Shown: one piece after another, positions 28,784 through 39,316 of the stretch
Numbering within the stretch: the stretch's first letter is position 1
How the letters are laid out: each line of letters opens with the position of its first letter
DNA from: Phycisphaerales bacterium
GTDB taxonomy: Bacteria > Planctomycetota > Phycisphaerae > Phycisphaerales > UBA1924
Reading direction: 5' to 3'
DNA length: 64,000 nucleotides
Assembly (NCBI GenBank): GCA_050730655.1
Contig: JBOHNL010000004.1
Location: forward strand, 109,703 to 173,702
Notes under the pieces: generated by a model
What the model saw: only the letters and a program-made list of their open reading frames with translations
Told to the model about the DNA's origin: nothing
Databases searched by the model: none
Program-made: the position numbers and the translations under genes

Positions 28784-29533
28784 ATGGCCGGCCACAATAA
28801 ATGGAGCAAGATCAAGCACCGCAAGGCGGTTGTCGACAAACGCCGGGGTAAGGTCTGGACCAAAGTCGCGAAGGCGATCATTGTCGCCGCAAAGAATGGC
28901 GGCCCGGATCCCGATTCGAATCTCTCGCTCCGATACGCGATGGATGAGGCCCGCTACGCGAATATGCCGCGGGACACGATCGAGCGCGCCATCCAGAAGG
29001 GTGCGGGCGGCGCGGGGGGCGAAAACTACGACCACGTTCGATACGAGGGCTACGGCCCGGGCGGCGTTGCGATCATCATCGACACGCTGACCGACAACCG
29101 CGCCCGAACCGTTGGTGACCTGCGGCTCGCGTTCGACCGCAATGGCGGCAATCTCGGCAACAGCGGATGCGTTGCCTACATGTTCACGCCGAAGGGACAG
29201 ATCGTGTTCAATGCGCCGGGTCTGAGCGAGGACCGCGTGATAGAGCTCGCGCTCGAGGCGGGCGCGGACGACGTGATTTCACCCGATGATCCGTCCGATC
29301 CCGCTGAACCGTGGACCATTCTGACGAGTGTTCCCACGTTTCAGAAGGTGAAGGAATCGCTCGAAAAGTCCGGCATCACGATCGCGGAAGCGGGGATCGC
29401 CATGGTCCCGGCGGAGAATGTCACGGTCACGGGCGACGCTGCGGCAACAGTGATTGAGCTCATCGACGCGATCGAAGATCTGGACGATATCCAGAAGGTC
29501 TATACGAACGCAGACGTGCGCGACGCGGAGTGA
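28784..29533 (+). CDS. yebC: YebC/PmpR family DNA-binding regulator
   Basis: MAGHNKWSKIKHRKAVVDKRRGKVWTK is the family N-terminus. Confidence 0.93.
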   Translation: MAGHNKWSKIKHRKAVVDKRRGKVWTKVAKAIIVAAKNGGPDPDSNLSLRYAMDEARYANMPRDTIERAIQKGAGGAGGENYDHVRYEGYGPGGVAIIIDTLTDNRARTVGDLRLAFDRNGGNLGNSGCVAYMFTPKGQIVFNAPGLSEDRVIELALEAGADDVISPDDPSDPAEPWTILTSVPTFQKVKESLEKSGITIAEAGIAMVPAENVTVTGDAAATVIELIDAIEDLDDIQKVYTNADVRDAE

Positions 29534-29554
29534 TCCCGCGTCGTCACTGTGATA

Positions 29555-30316
29555 CTAGCTCTTCTTGCCGACATTGCGGACGTTGCCCCGCTTGAGTTTG
29601 TTGTGCAGCGCCGGCGTCACGTGGAACGTCGCCTGGCACTGCCCCACTTTGCGTGACTTCGCTGCCATGCGGGCGACGAGCGATCGCTTGTCTTTCGTTC
29701 GTCCGCCAATCGCTGCGGGAATCACGGCCTGCTGGACGATTTCGAGTTCGAGTGTGACATTGAATTCGCGCCCCGAGGCGACCAGCGCTTTGAGGTCTTC
29801 GCGCGGCAGAACGTGATAAAGCGCTGGACCATAACACGGCCTCAGGAACCGGTAGGTCAGTTCCTTGCAGACGATGGTGAACTCGCCACCGGTGACGCCG
29901 AAGATGTACATGCCTCCGGCGATTTCGCTGTTGGCAAGTAGCGCGGCCCCCGCCATCGCGTTGTACCAGTTCTTGTTGAAACGCCGGAAGGGGAGCTCGG
30001 CCGTAAACGTCTCGGCATCGACTCGCTTCATCCGGATGCCGCTCTTGAACGCGTACGGCAGCCAGATCAGCGAGCAGACACGATGCCAGAAGTTGTTGCG
30101 TGTCGAAAGCCGCCCGATGAAATCCTCGACTCGATCACGAAAGCTGAGCTTTGCTCCCGCTGCCCCCGCGGCCGGGCCTGATTCATTTTCGTCACCCAAC
30201 TCTTCGCCGCCCTCGACATCGGTTTCGGCGATCTGCGATGGCGCAATATCGCCTTCCGCGCACCCTTTGGGCTCACGAATCTCGGGCTGATTTTGAGCTG
30301 ATGGGGCGGCAGACAT
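29555..30316 (-). CDS. hypothetical protein, possibly hot-dog fold (DUF4442-like)
   Basis: Acidic N-terminus, then FNKNWYNAMAGAALLANSEIAGGMYIFG, which resembles the thioesterase-like hot-dog core. This is a weak call. Confidence 0.35.
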   Translation of the reverse strand: MSAAPSAQNQPEIREPKGCAEGDIAPSQIAETDVEGGEELGDENESGPAAGAAGAKLSFRDRVEDFIGRLSTRNNFWHRVCSLIWLPYAFKSGIRMKRVDAETFTAELPFRRFNKNWYNAMAGAALLANSEIAGGMYIFGVTGGEFTIVCKELTYRFLRPCYGPALYHVLPREDLKALVASGREFNVTLELEIVQQAVIPAAIGGRTKDKRSLVARMAAKSRKVGQCQATFHVTPALHNKLKRGNVRNVGKKS

Positions 30317-30379
30317 GCGATGACTCGATTGTAGACGAACGGCCCGGCACTCTTCCCAATTCGAGATATTGGCCCGAAC

Positions 30380-31351
30380 TCACGGGGCATCGGGCGTCAA
30401 TTCGTACCAGAGGTCTTTGCGGCGGACCCGCTGCACCGGGTTTCCCGGTTCGTGATCGAGCACAAGGAGCCATTGGTTCTCAGCCGCGGCCTCGAGAAAC
30501 CAGTGCCGGGCGATCATGCTTGTGTAAGGCTCAACGTCGTAGGCGAGGCTGTATGCGGCGCCGACGTGATTGACCGTGGGCATGACGTCGGGCGTGAAGA
30601 CGACAGTTCGGCCTTTGTCGTCGTGGAAAACGATCGCCTGCTGGCCCCAAGTGTGTCCGGGGACGAGCAGGACACCGACGCCGGGGACGCCGGTAGCGCC
30701 ATTGAGCCCATGCAGCGAGGTGATGCGCTGCATCGCGGGCGCGCGAGGCACTTCGTCGCGCGTGGGCGTATAGCCGGTGGCGAACGGGCGGGCCGAATCG
30801 ATCAGGTGCATCTGATTTTCGACGGGGAGTAGGTGATCGCGGAAATAGGTCCGCGTCATCACGCTGGTGTTGGCCATGGCGTCGTTCCACTCGCGGAGCT
30901 GGGCGTAGATCTCGGCGTTGGGAAACGTGGGTACGGCGTTCATCTCGGCGGAGACTCGCTCACCGGCGCGGGGCAATCGGGTCAATCCACCGGCATGATC
31001 GAAGTGGAGATGGGTGACGAGGACGGCGTTCACATCCTCGGGGCGGCAGTTTTCTTCCTGCAGGGCGTCGAGGATGGAACGATCTTCGAGGGCGAAGATG
31101 TCCTTGCTCTTCGCATCGAGCTTGTTGCCGCTGCCGACCTCGATGACGACAAGTTTGGGTCCGGGCGGATCGCCCGGATCAGATGAAGCCCGTTCGAGCA
31201 ACAGGCAATTGTGCTGGACGTCGATGCGACCACGGTCATCGGTCGGGACCGACTTGCCCCAGACCACGCGGGGAACCAATCCGAACATCGAGCCGCCATC
31301 GAGCTTGAACTTCGCGGCACGCATCAGCTTCCATCGATACTTCACCGTCAT
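30380..31351 (-). CDS. MBL-fold metallo-hydrolase
   Basis: ORF 30380..31582. Contains the VLVTHLHFDHAGG motif. The start at 31351 (MTVKYRW) or 31324 avoids overlap with the divergent gene. Confidence 0.8.
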   Translation of the reverse strand: MTVKYRWKLMRAAKFKLDGGSMFGLVPRVVWGKSVPTDDRGRIDVQHNCLLLERASSDPGDPPGPKLVVIEVGSGNKLDAKSKDIFALEDRSILDALQEENCRPEDVNAVLVTHLHFDHAGGLTRLPRAGERVSAEMNAVPTFPNAEIYAQLREWNDAMANTSVMTRTYFRDHLLPVENQMHLIDSARPFATGYTPTRDEVPRAPAMQRITSLHGLNGATGVPGVGVLLVPGHTWGQQAIVFHDDKGRTVVFTPDVMPTVNHVGAAYSLAYDVEPYTSMIARHWFLEAAAENQWLLVLDHEPGNPVQRVRRKDLWYELTPDAP

Positions 31352-31460
31352 GGCGTGAGGGTAAGCCGAGTTCCTGGTGGCACGGCTCTCCACAGCCGTG
31401 ATTCGTCGAGCTTGGTGCAACCCACTTCGGAGAAGCGGGCCACCAAAAGCACGTTGCCCC

Positions 31461-32780
31461 ATGGCCAGATTCACTACACTCGCGCAGATGCCCGTCGAGC
31501 CGCCCCGCGCCAACACCAGAGGCACATCCAACTCACCGTTTGTGTGGGCGGTGTTTCTTGCCGTCTCGTGGACGTGGTGCATCGGGATGTTTCTGCCCGT
31601 CCTACTGGTTCGGGACTACGGGATATGGGGATTCGTCGCGTTTGCGATCCCCAACGTGGTTGGCGCCGCGGCAATGGGCTGGGTGATTCGCAGTCAAGAT
31701 GCGAGCCGCTGGTGCGTAATCCAGCACGAGACGATGGTGCGGGTTTTCTCTGCGGTGACGGTGGCATTTCACCTTTGGTTTGTGTGGTACCTGTCGCACG
31801 CGGGATGGGTGAGCGGCGAATGGTGGCCGTGGATTTGCGTGGGCGTGTTTGGGATTGCGCTCTTCTCGGGACTGAGAGCCGACAAGCCGTCGGAAGCGCT
31901 GACGCCGTTTTTCATCAGCGTTGTTGTGATTGCGTTCTCATTCTGGGTTGGGCTCGAGGTCAAGATTCCAGAGCCAAGCGATCGCGGCTTTTGGGGCATC
32001 CCTGCGGTCGTTTGGGTCGCGCCCGTTTGCATCTTCGGGTTTTTGCTTTGTCCGTATCTTGATGCCACCTTTCATCGGGCGCGGCAGAATCTGGGGCTTC
32101 GCGCGTCGCGCATCGCATTCACGATCGGGTTCGGGTTCTTCTTCTTCGCGATGATCCTGTTCACGGTGGCGTATTCGGGGCTGCTGCTCGGGACGAGTTT
32201 GGCCGGGCCGCGGGTGCTGACGGCGATCGTGATGCACATGCTGATTCAGTCCGGATTCACGTGCGGGCTGCATATCCGGGAGATGGTGAGTTCGGTCGGG
32301 ACGGCGCACCGGGTTCGCATGAGCGGGACGATTATGAGTGCGGGAGTGATTGCGATTTTGGGCGGCGCCGCGGCGTTGTTCAGGTTTCAAGTTTCGGAGA
32401 ACATCTCGCCGGGGTTCGAGCTTGGCTATCGCATCATCCTCTCCGCGTACGGGCTGCTCTTTCCGGCGTATGTGTGGCTGGTGATGATTCCGCTGCGCGC
32501 TTCGGATCGCTTGCCTTCGGCGCGGCACGTGATCGTGTGGCTCGGTGCGTGCGCGATCGCGACGCCCGCCTTCTGGATGGGATTCATTCAGAAGCAAGAA
32601 TGGTGGCTGGTGCCGGGAGTCGTGGTCTTGCTCGCTGCGCGACTGCTTATTGCGCGTTCAGACGATGCAGAGTCCGGGCGGCAAGGCTCGCCAGTCCCGA
32701 CGATTCCGCGTGATTCGACGCCAGTTCTTTCAGCCGCTGCAGAAGCGCCGAGCGGTGAGGTTCCGGACAGCCGTTCCTGA
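31461..32780 (+). CDS. polytopic membrane protein, function unknown
   Basis: ORF 31377..32780 with roughly 10-12 hydrophobic segments. Start preferred at 31461 (MARFTT). Confidence 0.55.
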   Translation: MARFTTLAQMPVEPPRANTRGTSNSPFVWAVFLAVSWTWCIGMFLPVLLVRDYGIWGFVAFAIPNVVGAAAMGWVIRSQDASRWCVIQHETMVRVFSAVTVAFHLWFVWYLSHAGWVSGEWWPWICVGVFGIALFSGLRADKPSEALTPFFISVVVIAFSFWVGLEVKIPEPSDRGFWGIPAVVWVAPVCIFGFLLCPYLDATFHRARQNLGLRASRIAFTIGFGFFFFAMILFTVAYSGLLLGTSLAGPRVLTAIVMHMLIQSGFTCGLHIREMVSSVGTAHRVRMSGTIMSAGVIAILGGAAALFRFQVSENISPGFELGYRIILSAYGLLFPAYVWLVMIPLRASDRLPSARHVIVWLGACAIATPAFWMGFIQKQEWWLVPGVVVLLAARLLIARSDDAESGRQGSPVPTIPRDSTPVLSAAAEAPSGEVPDSRS

Positions 32781-33729
32781 TCGCGTTCGCCGCGACGATG
32801 ACGGCGTTGCGTTTCATCATCTCGAGTGTGGCGCGGGTCATGGCGGTGCCTGAGAGTGCACTCAGGCGGTCTTCGCTGGTCCAATTCAGAACATCCTCAA
32901 GCGGCAGCGAATCGCGAAGCGGCGTGTAATCGGCGTTGATCTGCGCCACTCCCGTTTCGGGCGGGCGTGGCGAATTGTGCGGGCAGACTTCTTGGCAGAT
33001 GTCGCAGCCGTAAAGCCAGTTGCCGATGCTTTCGTGAAATTGGTCGTCAATCGGGGCGCGGTTCTCGATCGTGAGGTAGCTGATGCAGCGTGAGGCATCG
33101 ACGCTGTAGGGCGTAATGGCCTGCGTCGGGCAGGCCTCGATGCAGCGGGTGCAAGTGCCGCAGTGATCGGTGACCGGCTTGCTCGACTTTGTGAGTTCGA
33201 GCGTGGTGAGAATGCCGCCGAGGAGGATGTAGCTGCCGACGCGCGGGTGGATAAGGAGCGTGTGCTTGCCGATCCAGCCGAGCCCGGCGAGCTGCGCGAC
33301 TTCGCGTTCCATGAGCGGCGTGGTATCCACAAAGGCGCGAAACTGCGCGGAGGGATGCTTGCTGCGAAGGTCGTCGCAGAGTGCATGCAGACGTTTCTTC
33401 ATTACCTTGTGGTAGTCGCGGCCCCGCGCGTAGCGGGCGATTTTCCCGAATGGAGAATCGAGCCGAGCTGGCGACGCGGCATGGTCGTGGCCCCGCGAGT
33501 GATAGAGATCCGCGACCATGATCGCGCTGGCCGCGCCGGGCAGAAGCAATTCGGGATCGGCGCGAAGCTCGGTATTTCGCGCGAGATACTCCATCGTGCC
33601 GTGCTTGCCGGCGAGAAGCCAGGCGCGAAAGTGCTCTGCCCACGCGCTCGGACGCACATCGCAAACACCCGACAACTCAAAGCCGAGTTGTCGGCAGGCG
33701 GCGGTGATGTCGGTTTCGTGAAGCGTCAT
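32647..33729 (-). CDS. queG: tRNA epoxyqueuosine(34) reductase
   Basis: Two 4Fe-4S motifs, CGTCTRCIEACP and CDICQEVCPHN, and a HEAT-like C-terminus. Confidence 0.9.
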   Translation of the reverse strand: MTLHETDITAACRQLGFELSGVCDVRPSAWAEHFRAWLLAGKHGTMEYLARNTELRADPELLLPGAASAIMVADLYHSRGHDHAASPARLDSPFGKIARYARGRDYHKVMKKRLHALCDDLRSKHPSAQFRAFVDTTPLMEREVAQLAGLGWIGKHTLLIHPRVGSYILLGGILTTLELTKSSKPVTDHCGTCTRCIEACPTQAITPYSVDASRCISYLTIENRAPIDDQFHESIGNWLYGCDICQEVCPHNSPRPPETGVAQINADYTPLRDSLPLEDVLNWTSEDRLSALSGTAMTRATLEMMKRNAVIVAANAIRNGCPEPHRSALLQRLKELASNHAESSGLASLAARTLHRLNAQ

Positions 33730-33834
33730 GCTCGCGGAGAAAGGCTAGCGGGGCGCGAATGCGATCTTTTTCGGTGCGGCTGGCGCCGGGCCGATGAACC
33801 GGAGTTCTCTCACACTTGCAGGGGTTCCATCGGC

Positions 33835-34425
33835 ATGGGTATCGGCAAGGGCAGACTCGAAGCATTCAGCGACGGCGTGATCGCGATCATCATCACGATC
33901 ATGGTGCTGGAGATGAAGGTTCCGGCGCATGCGGAGCATTTCGGCGATTTGCAGCCGCTGATTCCGGTGTTTCTGAGTTACGTGCTCAGCTTCGTGTACG
34001 TCGGGATCTATTGGAACAACCACCACCACATGCTGCACGCGACGCGGCACATTACTGGGCGGGTGCTCTGGTCGAACTTGCTGCTGCTTTTCTGGCTGTC
34101 GCTGATTCCGTTCGTGACCGGATGGATGGGCGAGAATCACTTTGCACCGGCGCCGACGGCCCTGTACGGGATCGTGCTGCTGTGCGCTTCAATCGCCTAC
34201 TTCGTGCTGCAGCGATCGATCTTGGCCTGCCATCCTTCGGATTCGGAGTTGGCGCGTGCGGTCGGGCACGATTGGAAGGGCCGCGTGTCGATCGCGCTTT
34301 ATGTCGTCGCGATCGTGACGGCGTTTTGGAATCACTGGATTTCGTGGGCGATCTATGTGATCGTCGCGCTTGTGTGGTTCATTCCCGACCGGCGGATCGA
34401 GCGGACGCTTCGGACTGCGACCTGA
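33835..34425 (+). CDS. TMEM175/DUF1211 family potassium channel
   Basis: The ATG at 33835 gives MGIGKGRLEAFSDGVIAIIITIMVLE, containing the RxxxFSD motif. The upstream part of ORF 33163..34425 is antisense to queG. Confidence 0.8.
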   Translation: MGIGKGRLEAFSDGVIAIIITIMVLEMKVPAHAEHFGDLQPLIPVFLSYVLSFVYVGIYWNNHHHMLHATRHITGRVLWSNLLLLFWLSLIPFVTGWMGENHFAPAPTALYGIVLLCASIAYFVLQRSILACHPSDSELARAVGHDWKGRVSIALYVVAIVTAFWNHWISWAIYVIVALVWFIPDRRIERTLRTAT

Positions 34426-34429
34426 ACTG

Positions 34430-35299
34430 CTATCGCACTTTGAGCACGCCACGGGCGGTGCCGTTGGGTTCGGCGGTTTTGCCGGCCCATTGGAAGAAAG
34501 TCCTGGCGCTGCGCGTGAGCACATCGGCGGCGTCGCCCGGCGTGTTGACCCAGGCGCGGTCGTATTCGTACACCACCCAGCCGGTGAAGCCGCGATCGCC
34601 GAGAGCCGCCACGGTGGCCGCGGCGTTTGACTCGCCCTGCCCGAGTTCGCAAGGCTTGCCGTGCGAATATTCCTTGAGCTTGACCGAGAAAAGGCGATCG
34701 CTCAGGACGTTGATCCCGTTTGCGGCATCTTCGCCCGCAAGCTTTGCAACTAACGGCGAATAGGCGGCGCCGAGCAACGGGTTGTTTACGCGATCAAGGA
34801 GCTCGCTGAGCGAAGCGGCCGTCGGGAAGGAGCCGCCGTTTTCAATTGCAAGGCGAACGCCGGTGTTGCGTGCGGTTGCAACCGCGAGTTCGAGACGGGC
34901 GACGATGCGGGCCATGCCACTCGAGCGGGTCTCGCTCGTGGGAATCTGGTACGCAAAGACGCGAACGAGCGGGGCTTCGAGGCGTGCCGCCAGCTCGACT
35001 GCCCAGCCGGTATCGACGACGCCCTTGGGCGTGCCATCGAGGATGTGACCGATCAACGGAGGCGTGACGGCGTCGTCGTAGCGGGCGGATGTGGCGATGC
35101 ACGCGACATCGCAGCCAGTCGGTGCAAAGAGGCGGCGGACCTTTTCAGGATCGGTGAGCGCGGGGTCGCACGCGAACTGCGTTGAACCGCTGCCAAAGGT
35201 GCGGAGCTCGACACCCTGGTAGCCGGCTTCTTCCGCGAAGCTGGCGACGCGATCGAGGGTCCATTCCGGGCAGGCGACCGTGCTGAATGCGAGTTTCAT
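34430..35299 (-). CDS. sugar phosphate isomerase/epimerase (xylose isomerase-like TIM barrel)
   Basis: MKLAFSTVACPEWTLDRVASFAEEAGYQGVELR is typical for the family. Confidence 0.75.
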   Translation of the reverse strand: MKLAFSTVACPEWTLDRVASFAEEAGYQGVELRTFGSGSTQFACDPALTDPEKVRRLFAPTGCDVACIATSARYDDAVTPPLIGHILDGTPKGVVDTGWAVELAARLEAPLVRVFAYQIPTSETRSSGMARIVARLELAVATARNTGVRLAIENGGSFPTAASLSELLDRVNNPLLGAAYSPLVAKLAGEDAANGINVLSDRLFSVKLKEYSHGKPCELGQGESNAAATVAALGDRGFTGWVVYEYDRAWVNTPGDAADVLTRSARTFFQWAGKTAEPNGTARGVLKVR

Positions 35300-35680
35300 C
35301 GAAGTCCTTTTCGGGCCAGTATGCCAACCTCGCACAGGGATGACGTTCTGGCCTCACCGCCTGTGTCGCGCAAGTACCGGACATTATGCGATCAGAGGGG
35401 CTAGTAGCCGGTAACTTAGCCGATTTGTGCGACCTGAGCCAGCCTGGACGCCGATTTCAAGCGAACGGAACGCTGCTCGTGGGCGCTCCGTGGCGGGCCA
35501 ATGAACGGCTTGTGGGGGTTTCGGAGCTGCCGCTGCATGATGAACGCATTGCTCGGTGTGACCGCTGGAAAGGCGGTTCACACAACGTCCGAGAACTTCC
35601 TTGGCGATTTGGCTGGCAGCCGCCAACTTTCGGCTGTACGATGCCCCCACTTGGTGCCCAACAGACCCTCAGTTTCTGCA

Positions 35681-35932
35681 ATGGAGCGCCGCATTCGTTT
35701 CGCGTGCTTCGGCTTGATGACGGGAGTGACAGCTCTTGTCGGGTTGGGCTGCGCGAACTCGCCTCGGGCCGAGTACCTGCAGACGCGAGCGATTGAAGTC
35801 AAGCCGACCAACGACGGTGACGGGACAACCCTGGCCCAGCGCGACGATCTGATGCGGGGCAACCTGGCTGGTGCGACGGCGATCGTGCCGCTGGCGGCAG
35901 TGAAGACCGACGTTGGCGATGCACGTCAATAA
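35681..35932 (+). CDS. small hypothetical lipoprotein (83 aa)
   Basis: MERRIRFACFGLMTGVTALVGLGC-ANS carries a lipobox. No family recognised. Confidence 0.3.
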   Translation: MERRIRFACFGLMTGVTALVGLGCANSPRAEYLQTRAIEVKPTNDGDGTTLAQRDDLMRGNLAGATAIVPLAAVKTDVGDARQ

Positions 35933-36013
35933 CAGCCGACCGATTTTCGACAAGTTGGGCTGAGCGATCGATTCCGGCTTGCTGAAGCCCGGTCGCGTTG
36001 CCACACTTGCGGC

Positions 36014-36898
36014 GTGAATCCAAACCAACCGTCGCGACCATCTGACCAGGCAGCCGGGACTTCGGGGCTGGTGACCGATTTGCATGGAAAGCTCGACTAC
36101 GCGACCTATCTGAGTTTGCCTCAGCTTCTCGTGGCCCAGCGCCCACTCAGTTCGCCCGAGCATCACGACGAGATGCTCTTCATCATTCAGCACCAGACGA
36201 CGGAGCTCTGGTTCAAGCTCGTCATCCACGAACTGCGTGCGGCGATGGCAATGGTCGCAGCAGACCAACTTGAGCCGAGCTTCAAGATCCTGGCGCGGGT
36301 CAAGCACATTCAGCAGCAGTTGCTCGGACAATGGAGCGTGCTCGCGACGCTCACGCCGACCGAGTACGTGCAATTTCGGCACGTGCTCGGACCGGCGAGC
36401 GGTATTCAGTCGCATCAGAACCGGATGATCGAGTACATGCTCGGCAATCGCGAGTCGCGGTTTCTGGAAGTCTTCCGGCACGAGCCGGCGATCTACAAGA
36501 GCCTCGATGCCGCGCTCCATGCACCCAGCCTGTACGACGAATTTCTGAGGCACCTGGCTCGTCGTGGAATGGCGATTCCGCGCGAGGTGCTCGAGCGCGA
36601 TCTCACGAAACAGCACGAACCAAACGACGGCGTGCTGGCGGTCTTCAAGAAGATCTACGACGACCCGCACAAATGCTGGGATGCGTACGAGATGTGCGAG
36701 AAACTTGTCGACGTCGATGAGGCCGCGATGCTCTGGCGGTATCGGCACCTCAAGGTCGTGCAGCGCGTGATCGGCATGAAACGCGGAACCGGCGGCACGG
36801 CGGGCGCGGGCTACCTCCGCAACATCTTCGATCATCCGTTCTTCCCGGAATTGTGGGATGTGCGCACCGTGGTCGGGCCGGAGGTACCGCCTTCATGA
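36014..36898 (+). CDS. kynA: tryptophan 2,3-dioxygenase
   Basis: [18 protein letters not shown]...[24 protein letters not shown] is the TDO signature region. GTG start. Confidence 0.9.
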   Translation: MNPNQPSRPSDQAAGTSGLVTDLHGKLDYATYLSLPQLLVAQRPLSSPEHHDEMLFIIQHQTTELWFKLVIHELRAAMAMVAADQLEPSFKILARVKHIQQQLLGQWSVLATLTPTEYVQFRHVLGPASGIQSHQNRMIEYMLGNRESRFLEVFRHEPAIYKSLDAALHAPSLYDEFLRHLARRGMAIPREVLERDLTKQHEPNDGVLAVFKKIYDDPHKCWDAYEMCEKLVDVDEAAMLWRYRHLKVVQRVIGMKRGTGGTAGAGYLRNIFDHPFFPELWDVRTVVGPEVPPS

Positions 36899-38160
36899 GC
36901 ACGAACACGCTGCTCGCGCCGATAATCGGCGACACAATTGCTCGCGCCGTCGCTCCGCTTGGTGCTGCAGCGCTGACGGAAGAGTCGTTGCAGAAGCACA
37001 TCGCGCCGCTCTTTGCGCGCGTGCGCCAGCGATCGGAGATTTACCTCTCGAACCACAGTCTCGGCAGGCCGCTCGACTTGCTGGCCCACGATGTGCACGA
37101 AGCACTCGACGCGTGGTACACCGACATGGACGGCGCGTGGGATGTGTGGATGAAGGAAATGACCGCCTTCCGCACAAACATTGCGTGCCTGATCGGGTTG
37201 AGCCGCGCCGATCTTGTCGTGCCGAAGATCAGCGCCGGGCAGGGGCTTCGCGCCGTGCTCAACGCGCTGCGGATCGACAAGCCACGCGTCATCGCGACTC
37301 GAGGCGAGTTCGATTCGATCGACTTCATACTGAAAACCTACCGTGTTCGCAATCGCGCATCGGTGCGCTGGGTCGAACAGCGGACCGCGCCGAATCGCCC
37401 GCCCCAGATCGATGCGGATGCCATCCTCGATGCAATTCGCGCCGATGCGCCCGATCTGGTCGTCATTTCGCACATCTACTACGCAACGGGGCAGCGACTT
37501 GATCGTGTGGAGGACATCGTCGCCGCGGCACACGCGAAGGGCTCGCTTGTTGTGCTCGACGCCTTTCACAGCGCGGGCGTGATACCTGTCGAGTTCGAGC
37601 GGCTCGGCGCCGATTTTGCGATTGGCGGGTCATACAAGTACACCCGGGGAGGCCCTGGCGCCGCGTGGCTCGCGATCCATCCGCGCCATCTCGAAAGCAC
37701 GACAATCCGAACGCTCGATACGGGCTGGTTCGCCAAGCGTGACACGTTTGGATTTGAGCGGCCGGACCAACCGCTGCTCGCCGACGGCGGCGACGCGTGG
37801 CTGGAAGCAACACCCGCCCCGCTGCCGCTCTTTCAGGCACGATCGGGTCTTCAGCTTGTGCTCGCGCTTGGAGTGGAACGGCTGCGGCGGTATTCGCTTG
37901 AGCAACTCGATGCGCTCGGTTCGGTTCTCTCGGCGCAGGGTGTGACTTCGTTCCGTGGCGGCGCGACGCCCGAACAATCGGGCGCTTTCCTGCTCATCCC
38001 GCGTGCGGATGCTCACCCGGCGTGCGACGCGCTCAAGCAGGCCGGCGTGAATGTCGACGCCCGGCTTGGACATTTACGGCTCTGTCCCGACGTGGTCACG
38101 ACGCGCGAAGACATGGAACGCGCCGCCACGATCATCGCGCGGGTGCTTGCGAGCCGTTGA
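36895..38160 (+). CDS. kynU: kynureninase-like PLP-dependent enzyme (aminotransferase class V fold)
   Basis: The ATG overlaps the kynA TGA (ATGA). Contains HSLGRPLD and [20 protein letters not shown], compared with the kynureninase YKYLNGGPG motif. Confidence 0.65.
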   Translation: MSTNTLLAPIIGDTIARAVAPLGAAALTEESLQKHIAPLFARVRQRSEIYLSNHSLGRPLDLLAHDVHEALDAWYTDMDGAWDVWMKEMTAFRTNIACLIGLSRADLVVPKISAGQGLRAVLNALRIDKPRVIATRGEFDSIDFILKTYRVRNRASVRWVEQRTAPNRPPQIDADAILDAIRADAPDLVVISHIYYATGQRLDRVEDIVAAAHAKGSLVVLDAFHSAGVIPVEFERLGADFAIGGSYKYTRGGPGAAWLAIHPRHLESTTIRTLDTGWFAKRDTFGFERPDQPLLADGGDAWLEATPAPLPLFQARSGLQLVLALGVERLRRYSLEQLDALGSVLSAQGVTSFRGGATPEQSGAFLLIPRADAHPACDALKQAGVNVDARLGHLRLCPDVVTTREDMERAATIIARVLASR

Positions 38161-38995
38161 TTGGGAGCGTCAGGAAGAAATCCGTGCCGCGGCCGGGCTC
38201 GCTGTGAACCTCGAGGCGACCTTCGTGTGCTTCGATGATTCGGCGGGCGGTCGGCAACCCGAGGCCCGTCCCGCCCGATTTGGTTGTGAAGTAGGGCCGG
38301 AAGATCTTCGCGATTGTCTCGGCCGACATTCCCGGGCCGGTATCGATCACGTGAATCTGCGCAACCGGCCGCTTTTCGGCATCGATTGCGCGATTCGTCC
38401 GGACCATCAGCTCACGCGGACGCCCCGTTTCGGTCGGCTCCGCCGCCATTGCCTGGGTCGCGTTCAAGAGCAGATTCAGCACCGCCTGCTTGATGTGTGC
38501 GACATCGACCTCGGCGCGAACGGGTTCGGAAGAAAGGTCGCAGCGAAGGCGCACGCCGCTCTTTTCCGCCTGAGGCAGGAAGAAATCAACGAGTTCCTCA
38601 ACCGCGATATTGAGATCCGCCGGCTTGCGATCAAGCCGGAGTTCACCCGCAAACTGAAGGAAATCAGTCAAGATGCCGCGAAGCCGTTCAACCTCGCGTC
38701 GGAGTGACTGCACGCGCCGAACAAGCCGGCCCTTCTCATCTTCCGAGATCGCGAGTTCCTCGATGCCTTCACTCAAGAGTTGGGCATTGAGCCCCACGGT
38801 CGAAAGTGGATTCTTGATCTCGTGCGCCAAACCCCCGGTCATCGCGCCAAGTTCCGCCAGGCGCTCGGCGGCCCGTGCGCGCCGTTCCGCCGATCGGATC
38901 CGCGCAGACTGCGTCTTAAAAGCCAAAAGCGACATCACGCCGGCGCCCAGCGCCCCGACAACGAGCCCGATCAGGAGGTAGAGCATCCCGGACAC
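38132..38995 (-). CDS. minimal membrane-anchored sensor histidine kinase
   Basis: One N-terminal TM segment, the H-box GGLAHEIKNPL and the G2 box GGTGLGLPTARRI. There is no sensor domain and no adjacent response regulator. Confidence 0.85.
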   Translation of the reverse strand: MSGMLYLLIGLVVGALGAGVMSLLAFKTQSARIRSAERRARAAERLAELGAMTGGLAHEIKNPLSTVGLNAQLLSEGIEELAISEDEKGRLVRRVQSLRREVERLRGILTDFLQFAGELRLDRKPADLNIAVEELVDFFLPQAEKSGVRLRCDLSSEPVRAEVDVAHIKQAVLNLLLNATQAMAAEPTETGRPRELMVRTNRAIDAEKRPVAQIHVIDTGPGMSAETIAKIFRPYFTTKSGGTGLGLPTARRIIEAHEGRLEVHSEPGRGTDFFLTLPINGSQAPAR

Positions 38996-39016
38996 GCTTC
39001 GAGTTTAGTGAAGGCG

Positions 39017-39316
39017 TTAGCGACGAGGAGATCGCGTATATCCGCGACGCGGCACTACAACCTCGACGCTGTCGGGCGCACGCATCACCTTCGTCGCTTT
39101 CCAGCCTTTGTCGGTCTTCGTCGCGTCGTAAATGACTTGCGAACCGTCTTTCAGAACGCGGAACCCGTCGCCTTGGATCACGCTGTAGTGCGCGAAGATG
39201 TCCTGACCTTCGGGTCCGACGATAAAGCCGAACCCCTTGCGTGGGTCAAACCACTTCACCAAGCCCTCGACATTGGTCAGTTGGGTTGCGCCTGTGCCAC
39301 CCGTGCCCTCTGTCAT
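39017..39316 (-). CDS. cold-shock domain protein
   Basis: ORF 39017..39526. RNP1 is KGFGFI and the RNP2-like motif is DIFAHYS. The start at 39316 (MTEGTG) is preferred, but an N-terminally extended form cannot be excluded. Confidence 0.75.
   Translation of the reverse strand: MTEGTGGTGATQLTNVEGLVKWFDPRKGFGFIVGPEGQDIFAHYSVIQGDGFRVLKDGSQVIYDATKTDKGWKATKVMRAPDSVEVVVPRRGYTRSPRR

Noticed and set aside
33163-33834. N-terminal extensions of track ORFs. Examples are 33163..34425 (TMEM175), 52159..54003 (TolB-like), 57519..59063 (yggS), 10879..12558 (M14), 31377.. and 30380..31582.
   Set aside because: The extensions overlap neighbouring genes or are antisense to them, and they look non-coding. Internal starts give canonical N-termini (signal peptides, RxxxFSD, lipoboxes), often with an SD.
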